Positions 1 through 5,894 of a stretch of 12,477 nucleotides of DNA are shown here, piece by piece. This stretch comes from Chlamydiota bacterium (GTDB lineage: Bacteria > Auribacterota > JACPWU01): contig JACPWU010000041.1 in the NCBI GenBank assembly GCA_016196885.1, forward strand, positions 1 through 12,477, given 5' to 3'. Position numbers and translations under genes: made by a program. Under the pieces are notes generated by a model, which saw nothing but the letters and a program-made list of their open reading frames with translations, was not told the DNA's origin and made no database searches. The first letter of the stretch is position 1; each line of letters starts with the position of its first letter.

Positions 1-247
1 AACTGTAAAAGCGGGTTCATGATGGTTCATCGGCTCTCTCATTGGGGAGACCGTAAATCAGGCAATTTAAAAAACAAAAAATTGCTAAGGGGGAGAATTT
101 TTCCTTGACTTACTTTTCCATAGACATTCCCGCAGGTTTCAGGCGGGAGTCCAGGGTTTTGCACTCATTCTGGATCCCCGATAAAAACACTCGGGGATGA
201 CAAGCTGTAGGCATTTTGAGTTCGTGATGAGAAATGCGGGCTAGAAG

Positions 248-1516
248 GTGAATTCTTGCATGACAAATTCTGTGGCGAAGCCCTCTGTCACCCTTTTGTA
301 TCATTTCTTTTATCCCGATGATGTGGTGAGTGCGAGGCATTTTTCTCAATTTGCCGAAGAATTAACGAGACGTGGATGGCGTGTTCAGGTCCTAACCAGC
401 AATCGATTCTGTCGGTACCCCAGGCGAAAAATCAGTCCCAAGGAAGAAGAGTGGCAAGGGATTCGCATCAAGAGAGTTTGGCGAGCGCCTTGGGATCAAG
501 CGAGATCCCTGGCACGTTTTGCCAATACATTTTGGATGCTTGCAGGTTGGACGATTCAACTTTTGAGACTTCCAAAGAGCGATGTCCTGATTATGGGGAC
601 AGATCCGCCCTTTTCCATTTTGATCTTACTTGTCTTACAATTTTTTAAACGTAAGACATTGTTTGTTCACTGGTGTTATGACCTTTATCCAGAGGCGATT
701 TTTGCGGATGGTTTTAAAGGAATGGTTGGGTGGATCGCGGCTGGATTGAAAGTTTTGGTGAAGCAGGCTTATCATTCTCTGGATGTGATGGTGGACATTG
801 GCTCATGCATGAGGAGGCGACTGGAGGCTTATGGGTATCACGCCCATTCACAGACACTGGTTCCTTGGGCCTTGGCGGAGCCGACTCTAGAGGAGTTGAG
901 GCGGGCTCAGAATGGTTCTCGGCATGTCGAAGGAGCATCTACCTTAACCTTGCTTTATTCTGGGAATATAGGAAAGGCACATGATTTTGAAGTTTTTCTA
1001 GAGTTGGCGCATTCCCTTTATGAAAAAAGCGATAAAATTCATCTTGTATTTTCATGCCGAGGCAATCGCCTTCAGGAGTTTTTGAATGCCCTTTCGTCTT
1101 GTCCCCCCAATGTGAAGTCTATTCCCTTTGCAGACGAAGAGGATCTTCAGGGAAGGCTTCTTTCTGCAGATATTCATTTGGTGAGTTTGAGAAAGGGGTG
1201 GGAAGGCATTGTGGTCCCCTCCAAATTTTTTGGCTCTTTGGCGGTGGGTAAACCTGTGATCTACGCCGGACCCATGGATTCAGCCATTGCCTCTTGGATT
1301 CGTCAATATGATGTTGGATTTGTTCTCTCTGGAGAAACGATACCGAAGCTTGTTCAAGATCTGTTAGATCTTGAAAAAAATCCTGAGCGATTGCATAAAC
1401 TCGGTCAAAATGCTTATAATGCTTATCATCAATTTTTTTCGAAGAAGAGAGTGATGGATCAGTGGGATGAACTTTTGAGAGCTGAGCTGTTGAAATCATA
1501 CGGAGAAACAGAATGA
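248..1516 (+). CDS. Glycosyltransferase, GT-B fold, family 4 (WcaI-like)
   Basis: 422-codon ORF starting at GTG 248, with an alternative ATG at 260. The N-terminal LLYHFFYPDDVVSARHF and the C-terminal YSGNIGKAHDF ... IVVPSKFFGSLAVGKPVIY match my recollection of WcaI/GT4-type sugar transferases. Its stop overlaps the next start (ATGA at 1513-1516). Confidence 0.8.
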   Translation: MNSCMTNSVAKPSVTLLYHFFYPDDVVSARHFSQFAEELTRRGWRVQVLTSNRFCRYPRRKISPKEEEWQGIRIKRVWRAPWDQARSLARFANTFWMLAGWTIQLLRLPKSDVLIMGTDPPFSILILLVLQFFKRKTLFVHWCYDLYPEAIFADGFKGMVGWIAAGLKVLVKQAYHSLDVMVDIGSCMRRRLEAYGYHAHSQTLVPWALAEPTLEELRRAQNGSRHVEGASTLTLLYSGNIGKAHDFEVFLELAHSLYEKSDKIHLVFSCRGNRLQEFLNALSSCPPNVKSIPFADEEDLQGRLLSADIHLVSLRKGWEGIVVPSKFFGSLAVGKPVIYAGPMDSAIASWIRQYDVGFVLSGETIPKLVQDLLDLEKNPERLHKLGQNAYNAYHQFFSKKRVMDQWDELLRAELLKSYGETE

Positions 1517-3009
1517 AAACCTATCTCATGGCTTTTATCATTTCTTTTTTCTCTTCTCTTTTGTTGGTTCCTCTCATGAGACGTGTTGCTTTTCGTTTCC
1601 ATGCCTTTGGTCGTGAAGAAAGTTCTTCGATCCCTAGATTAGGGGGAGTGGCTGTTTATTTGGCGTTTATTCTTCCTCTGGTAGGGCTTGTGTTTTATGA
1701 CAATTTAGTTTCACAGCTTTTTCTGGAGAAGACGAAACTTCATCTGGGCCTTTTTGTAGGGGGGACCCTTGTTTTGGCTCTGGGGATGTGGGATGACATT
1801 CAGGGATTGTCTCCTCTCATCAAATTGTGTTTTGAACTGATCATCGGTGTTCTCACATTTCTCTTTGGTTTTAGAATTGATGCCATTACCACCCCCTTGG
1901 GTGAATCCTTCGCTCTCGGTTTTATGAGCCTGCCTGTCACCCTTGCGTGGATTGTGGGGGTCATGAATGCCGTGAATCTGATTGATGGCATTGATGGACT
2001 GGCTTCGGGGGTTTCACTTTTTTCTTTGATCACCCTAGGGACGATTTCTTACATCAATGGGATCTCGCTTAATATTTTATTGTGCTGTGCCTTGGGCGGT
2101 GCGGTGCTGGGGTTTTTAAAATATAATTTTAATCCTGCCACCATCTATTTAGGAGACGCAGGGAGTTTATTTTTGGGATATACGCTGGCCATTCTTTCTC
2201 TTTGGGGCTCTCAAAAAGCTTTCACCCTGGTGAGTTTTCTCACACCCCTCATTGCCTTTGGAATTCCGATCATTGACATGTTGGTGAGTGTGGGGAGGAG
2301 ATATTTTAGAGGGATGTCCATTTTCCAGAGAGATACGGAGCACATTCATCACCGTTTGAAAAGCCTGGGTTTTTCAAAGAAAAAAGTGGTTCTGATCCTT
2401 TACGCCTTTTGCATTTTTTTAAATGCCGTTGCATTGTTTTTATATGTCTCTCGGAATGCATCTGTCGTTTTGGTGGTCTTGGTGGTCAGCTTTATTTTAG
2501 GATTGAAATATTTAGGATACCTCAACGGAACCATTTTTAGAGACCGCTGGAAAGAGTTCGAGAGAATTCGTAAAGAGAGATTTTGCAAGCATACCTTGGT
2601 TCAATTGAGGGGGCAACATGGAAAGACAGATTTGGCAGATAAACTGTGGCATTTGACAAAGGGTTTTTCCAAAGAGTTAGGTTTTGGCTTTGCCCGCATG
2701 GAACTGGGAGAGAGCGGTGGGACGAAACAGCCTGTGATCTCTCAAGAATGGTGTTCGGAGACTTTGCCAAAGGGGAGTCCCATGGCCAAGGTGACCATTC
2801 CTCTCGTGAGTGATTCCGAAGTTTTTGGATCCATTGAATTGGCCAAGCCTGTATTGACGGAAAATGACAAGCATGTTTTTGCAGGGGCGGAATCTTTTTT
2901 AAAAGAAGTGGCGGATGTTATTCAGGAGCATATGAAAGGGGATGTGAATCGTACGGGAAGAGATGTAAACGCAAAAAGTGAGAACGAGCCGGCGCTTTAC
3001 GGAGTATGA
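1513..3009 (+). CDS. Polyprenyl-phosphate sugar-1-phosphate transferase of the MraY/WecA family, with an extra ~160-aa soluble C-terminal tail
   Basis: 498-codon ORF with many hydrophobic segments. It carries the family signatures MWDDIQGL, NAVNLIDGIDGLASG, YLGDAGSLFLGY and EHIHHRL. It is translationally coupled to the upstream glycosyltransferase. Sugar specificity cannot be read from the sequence. Confidence 0.85.
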   Translation: MKTYLMAFIISFFSSLLLVPLMRRVAFRFHAFGREESSSIPRLGGVAVYLAFILPLVGLVFYDNLVSQLFLEKTKLHLGLFVGGTLVLALGMWDDIQGLSPLIKLCFELIIGVLTFLFGFRIDAITTPLGESFALGFMSLPVTLAWIVGVMNAVNLIDGIDGLASGVSLFSLITLGTISYINGISLNILLCCALGGAVLGFLKYNFNPATIYLGDAGSLFLGYTLAILSLWGSQKAFTLVSFLTPLIAFGIPIIDMLVSVGRRYFRGMSIFQRDTEHIHHRLKSLGFSKKKVVLILYAFCIFLNAVALFLYVSRNASVVLVVLVVSFILGLKYLGYLNGTIFRDRWKEFERIRKERFCKHTLVQLRGQHGKTDLADKLWHLTKGFSKELGFGFARMELGESGGTKQPVISQEWCSETLPKGSPMAKVTIPLVSDSEVFGSIELAKPVLTENDKHVFAGAESFLKEVADVIQEHMKGDVNRTGRDVNAKSENEPALYGV

Positions 3010-3044
3010 TCAGTTAAGGAAATATTTTACAGAAAGGAAATCTT

Positions 3045-3425
3045 ATGGAAGGCATGGTGACCCGAAAGGTAGAAGTGAGAGGGATGGGTGCTTTTTCAAT
3101 TTTTAGAATCTGTTTTGCTGTAACCTTGATTTTTTCTCTGGTCTCATTTATTCTTGTGAACCTTTTTGGAATGCAGCTGACGGGTTATATTGCGGGAACC
3201 ATCGGGGATATTAGGATTTTTATTTCAAATTTAGAGACGCACTTTCCTCATCTTTTTCAAAACGAGATTGTTCTCTCTCTCATGGCTGCCTTGGGGATTG
3301 GATTAGGGGTGGGTTTCATGACGGCCTTTTTTTCTTTTGTTTTTTCTATTTTTGCTACTCTCTTGGGCGGTATCAAAATCACCATTCGGGAGAAGAATGT
3401 GGAGAAAAAAACAGCATACCTTTAA
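3045..3425 (+). CDS. Small membrane protein, DUF3566-like
   Basis: 126-codon ORF with AAAGGAAA 6 nt upstream of the ATG. It has two long hydrophobic stretches. The tail FSIFATLLGGIKITIREK resembles the LYNL..LVGGIEVTL.E ending I recall for DUF3566. The family assignment is from memory only. Confidence 0.55.
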   Translation: MEGMVTRKVEVRGMGAFSIFRICFAVTLIFSLVSFILVNLFGMQLTGYIAGTIGDIRIFISNLETHFPHLFQNEIVLSLMAALGIGLGVGFMTAFFSFVFSIFATLLGGIKITIREKNVEKKTAYL

Positions 3426-3435
3426 AGACAGGGGG

Positions 3436-3503
3436 TAGGGAATGGGGGATGGCTGCAGAAGATGGAAATGAGTTTGTTGGGTTCCACTATCCCCCAACCC
3501 TTA
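3436..3503. repeat. Inverted pair of G-tract repeat copies (copies A and B of the TAGGG family)
   Basis: TAGGGAATGGGGGAT (3436-3450) faces ATCCCCCAACCCTTA (3489-3503), whose reverse complement is TAAGGGTTGGGGGAT. Identity is 12 of 15, including a perfect TGGGGGAT/ATCCCCCA core. The pair lies just after the stop of the 3045-3425 ORF. Confidence 0.7.
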
Positions 3504-3508
3504 TTCTC

Positions 3509-3596
3509 TTCAATTTTAGATTTTGGATTTTAGATTTTGGAGTGAAGGAAATGATTTGTTAAATCCAAAATCCAAAATCTAAAATCTAAAATTGAA
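3509..3596. repeat. Long AT-rich hairpin / inverted repeat built from tandem ATTTTRG heptamers
   Basis: The arms are 3509-3541 and 3564-3596. Pairing them position by position gives 31 Watson-Crick pairs, 1 G-T and 1 A-C over 33 positions, with a 22-nt loop. The left arm contains ATTTTAG ATTTTGG ATTTTAG ATTTTGG, and the right arm contains CCAAAAT CCAAAAT CTAAAAT CTAAAAT. Confidence 0.9.
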
Positions 3597-3600
3597 AGAC

Positions 3601-3674
3601 GCGCCCGTAGCTCAATTGGATAGAGCACTTGCCTACGGAGCAAGGGGTTGCAGGTTCAATTCCTGCCGGGCGCA
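3601..3674 (+). tRNA. tRNA-Arg, anticodon ACG
   Basis: A manual cloverleaf fold works throughout:
- acceptor stem GCGCCCG/CGGGCGC
- D stem GCTC/GAGC
- anticodon stem CTTGC/GCAAG with loop CTACGGA (ACG at 3635-3637)
- 5-nt variable loop
- T stem GCAGG/CCTGC with loop TTCAATT
- discriminator A
The CCA end is not encoded. Confidence 0.95.
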
Positions 3675-3679
3675 TTTGA

Positions 3680-3709
3680 GTGTAGGGCATAGGGAGTAGG
3701 GAGAAAGGG
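3680..3709 (+). repeat. TAGGG-family repeat copy C, also a canonical G-quadruplex motif
   Basis: The sequence is GTGTAGGGCATAGGGAGTAGGGAGAAAGGG. It has four G3 tracts (3685-3687, 3692-3694, 3699-3701, 3707-3709) separated by loops of 4, 4 and 5 nt. It begins 6 nt after tRNA-Arg. Confidence 0.8.
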
Positions 3710-3754
3710 TTGCCCAGAAGGGGGTGATCCTGGTGGAGTTATGCTATTCCTCGA

Positions 3755-3985
3755 ATGACGCGAGATGTTGACATTGTCATTCAGTTAAAATCAAGAGATG
3801 TGGAAAGGGTGGTGGATCTTTTTAAAGATGAATTTTATATTGATGAAGGCATGATCTCTCACGCGATTGCTGAAAAAGGAATCTTTAACATGATTGATTT
3901 TGTGAAGGATTTGGACAAGGTCTATTTAGAAAAATGGATTCAATCTCTGGGCCTTCAGAGTATTTATAAGAAGGTCAATACATGA
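3755..3985 (+). pseudogene. Remnant of an MNT-like nucleotidyltransferase-fold gene, N-terminally truncated and apparently internally deleted
   Basis: The 76-codon ORF starts inside the conserved ..PR.TRD(I/V)DIVI nucleotidyltransferase motif. The in-frame upstream codons read SWWSYAIPR after a TGA and contain no start codon. The sequence then jumps from ..FNMIDFV straight to the C-terminal LD..YLEKW...LGL motif. My recollection is that full-length relatives are roughly twice this length. Confidence 0.5.
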
Positions 3986-4257
3986 AAGATACCTCTCTTG
4001 AATTGTCGAGAAAATTTCGAGAGATGTTGATGCAAAAGACATCAGAAGAACGGTTGTTGATGGGAGGTTCTATGTTCGGGATGTCTAAGCAATGCGTGAC
4101 GAGTTCTATTTTAAGAAAGAATCTTAAGATTTCTTTCTCCGATCTGAAAAAAGAAATTTTTTTGAGATTTTATGGTAGAGAATTTGATTCGTATACCATA
4201 GGTAAAATCACCAGGCATTTAGCAGAGTATGGGTCTGGTCACAAGAGTGGATTTTAG
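3982..4257 (+). CDS. Small conserved hypothetical protein (helical), partner of the nucleotidyltransferase family
   Basis: 91-codon ORF whose start overlaps the upstream stop (ATGA at 3982-3985). The motifs SEERLLMGGSMF and EIFLRFYGREFD match a small-protein family I recall finding next to such nucleotidyltransferases. No function is known to me. Confidence 0.5.
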   Translation: MKDTSLELSRKFREMLMQKTSEERLLMGGSMFGMSKQCVTSSILRKNLKISFSDLKKEIFLRFYGREFDSYTIGKITRHLAEYGSGHKSGF

Positions 4258-4266
4258 CCAGGGGTC

Positions 4267-4746
4267 ATGCCTTTGAAAAAAGATGCTGACAAAGATGTTT
4301 ATTTTATGTCGGAGGCTCTGAAAGAAGCAGATGCCGCTTTTGAAGAGGATGAAACGCCTGTGGGGGCTTGTATCATCCATGAAGGGAAAATCATTGCGAA
4401 GGCCCATAATCAAGTAGAGCTTTTGAAAGATCCCACAGCGCATGCTGAAATGATCGCCATTACGCAAGCGGCAGCGCATTTGAAAAATTGGCGCCTTGAA
4501 GGATGTACGCTTTATGTAACGAAGGAACCCTGTCTCATGTGTTCAGGCGCCATTTTTATGTCTCGCGTCCCGCGTCTTGTTTTTGGGGCGATGGATGAAG
4601 CTGCAAAAGGTCTGAGAGACTTAATTCATCCGGGATATGAATCCAGTTTGAGAGAAATGGAAATCATGGGAGGTGTTCTGGCTGACCCCTGCCAAAAAAT
4701 TCTGAAGGAATTTTTTAAGAAAGTTAGAGGTAAGAGCGGGAATTAG
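4267..4746 (+). CDS. tadA: tRNA-specific adenosine deaminase (A34 to inosine)
   Basis: 159-codon ORF with the CDA-fold zinc motifs HAEMIAI and PCLMCSGA. The size and overall layout are typical of bacterial TadA. Confidence 0.9.
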   Translation: MPLKKDADKDVYFMSEALKEADAAFEEDETPVGACIIHEGKIIAKAHNQVELLKDPTAHAEMIAITQAAAHLKNWRLEGCTLYVTKEPCLMCSGAIFMSRVPRLVFGAMDEAAKGLRDLIHPGYESSLREMEIMGGVLADPCQKILKEFFKKVRGKSGN

Positions 4747-4748
4747 GT

Positions 4749-4762
4749 AATAGGGAGTGGGA
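4749..4762 (+). repeat. TAGGG-family repeat copy D
   Basis: AATAGGGAGTGGGA lies immediately after the tadA stop. It is followed by an A7/T7 mini-hairpin (GAAAAAAA at 4761-4768 and TTTTTTTC at 4781-4788). Confidence 0.65.
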
Positions 4763-4794
4763 AAAAAAGGTAAAGATTATTTTTTTCACTGAGT

Positions 4795-4818
4795 CCTATG
4801 CCCTACACCCTATCCCCT
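4795..4818 (-). repeat. TAGGG-family repeat copy E, in inverted orientation
   Basis: CCTATGCCCTACACCCTATCCCCT has the reverse complement AGGGGATAGGGTGTAGGGCATAGG. Positions 4795-4808 are the exact reverse complement of 3680-3693. The copy ends 8 nt before tRNA-Ser. Confidence 0.8.
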
Positions 4819-4826
4819 GCTTTTAA

Positions 4827-4916
<90 letters not shown>

Positions 4917-4932
4917 ATTTTTTTTATTCAGT

Positions 4933-5025
4933 GTAGATCATATAAAGCCGTGGAGTAAAGGCGGGGAAACGGAAATATAAAATCTACAAACTCTTTGCCG
5001 GAACTGTAATTTAGGTAAAAGCAAT
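4933..5025 (+). pseudogene. HNH endonuclease fragment (catalytic core only) with an in-frame stop
   Basis: Translation reads VDHIKPWSKGGETEI*NLQTLCRNCNLGKSN. This is the DH..P.S.GG......NLQ.LC..CN..K signature of HNH nucleases, interrupted by TAA at 4978-4980. No N-terminal domain exists because the tRNA lies directly upstream. Confidence 0.6.
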
Positions 5026-5077
5026 CCGGTGAAAACCGGAATCCAGTGTTGTTTTACGATGCTTTAGTAACTTTAAC

Positions 5078-5093
5078 TAGGGCAGTAGGGTAG
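5078..5093 (+). repeat. TAGGG-family repeat copy F
   Basis: TAGGGCAGTAGGGTAG lies between the HNH and Abi fragments. Confidence 0.6.
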
Positions 5094-5108
5094 TATGATC
5101 TCAGCACA

Positions 5109-5155
5109 CCTGCCGGGCCTCTGCTTGCATGCCTACTTCGGCGGGTTTTTCTTTT
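5109..5155 (+). terminator. Possible intrinsic terminator
   Basis: CCTGCCG (5109-5115) pairs with CGGCGGG (5139-5145) in 7 bp including one G-T pair. An inner GGC/GCC extension is possible. The stem is followed by TTTTTCTTTT (5146-5155). The loop is large, so this is only moderately convincing. Confidence 0.4.
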
Positions 5156-5169
5156 ATATGGAATGACGT

Positions 5170-5366
5170 GTGAAATATACCAAACCTCCCCTGACGCTTG
5201 AAGACAAGCTACCCTTCTGATGGAAAGAGGGCTCATAGCAGACAAAGATGTTCTTATAACACGTCTCAAGGATGTAAATTACTATCGTTTATCAGGGTGT
5301 TTTTATCCATCCCGTGAGCCAGATGACACGTTTCAAGTAGGCACCTCTCATGTAAAAAATGAATAA
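5170..5366 (+). pseudogene. Abi_2 (AbiD/AbiF-like abortive-infection) gene fragment, frameshifted and truncated
   Basis: From GTG 5170 the first frame reads MKYTKPPLTLEDKLPF and stops at 5218-5220. A second frame, from 5214, continues LLMERGLIADKDVLITRLKDVNYYRLSGCFYPSREPDD and stops at 5364-5366. Joined, the two pieces match the N-terminal K.P.L..E.QL..L..RGL.....NYYRLSGY signature of Abi_2 proteins. My recollection is that intact members are about 300 aa. Confidence 0.6.
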
Positions 5367-5504
5367 AAGAAATATCTTAATAGCAGCCATATTCATTAAC
5401 CTAGCAAGTAGTTTTGCGTATGCCGATGTGATACTTCCAATGGCGTTTCCTTGGAATTATCCGCTTGACGTGGATTGCCAACAGAATTACAATAGATCTA
5501 AATA

Positions 5505-5528
5505 TATGAAACTATGAAATAATGAAAC
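5505..5528 (+). repeat. Three tandem 8-nt units (TATGAAAC TATGAAAT AATGAAAC) just upstream of the arsR-family gene
   Basis: The repeat is read directly from the sequence and ends 21 nt before the ATG at 5550. A regulatory role is only a guess. Confidence 0.7.
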
Positions 5529-5549
5529 AACTAAATTGGAGACAGCCCT

Positions 5550-5891
5550 ATGAGTTCAACAGAAGATAGGCTTTTTGCCCTTCATGCGGAGGTATGCAAA
5601 GCCATGGCCAATCCCATCCGGTTAAAGGTACTCAGCACTCTTCAGCATGGGGAACAATCCGTGGAAGCGATGGTAAAATCGCTTAAACTACGAAAGGCAA
5701 ATCTTTCCCAACATCTGGCGGTGCTGCGGCAGCGTGGAATCGTCGCGACTAGGCGTGAGGGTCTCCATATTTACTATCGCTGTGCCAATCCTAAGATGCT
5801 CAAGGCTTGCGCCATCCTGCGCGAAGTTTTACTCGAACAATTAGCTGAGGGCGGACGGTTGATTAACCCCGTAAACCGAGGAAGGAAATGA
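5550..5891 (+). CDS. ArsR/SmtB-family winged-helix transcriptional regulator
   Basis: 113-codon ORF with GGAG 8 nt upstream. Its core is typical of the family: CKAMANPIRLKVLSTL..GEQSVEAMVKSLKLRKANLSQHLAVLRQRGIVATRREGLHIYY. Confidence 0.9.
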   Translation: MSSTEDRLFALHAEVCKAMANPIRLKVLSTLQHGEQSVEAMVKSLKLRKANLSQHLAVLRQRGIVATRREGLHIYYRCANPKMLKACAILREVLLEQLAEGGRLINPVNRGRK

Positions 5892-5894
5892 CTC

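Noticed and set aside
1-33. Possible start of a divergent minus-strand gene (the reverse complement reads ATG AAC CAT CAT GAA CCC GCT ...)
   Set aside because: Only about 11 codons lie inside the window, so it cannot be supported.
142-149. GGCGGGAG resembling the ops/JUMPstart element (GGCGGTAG) upstream of a polysaccharide operon
   Set aside because: It mismatches at the conserved T. I have no evidence that this organism has RfaH, so a single 8-mer is not significant.
174-198. Perfect 8-bp stem ATCCCCGA/TCGGGGAT with a 9-nt loop in the leader of the glycosyltransferase gene
   Set aside because: It is real as a hairpin, but there is no U-run on either strand and I recognise no riboswitch context. 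That is too little to assign a function.
110-349. 79-codon minus-strand ORF upstream of and overlapping the glycosyltransferase start
   Set aside because: It has no ribosome-binding site and no recognisable motif, and it is antisense to the 5' end of a well-supported gene. It is probably a shadow ORF.
3509-3596. CRISPR array or telomere-like tandem repeat
   Set aside because: The units are 7 nt with no spacers. The two halves are mutually complementary, so this is a hairpin or inverted repeat rather than a CRISPR locus.
5054-5269. 71-codon minus-strand ORF
   Set aside because: It is antisense to the terminator-like hairpin and the Abi_2 fragment. The plus-strand reading gives clear family motifs, whereas this frame gives none.
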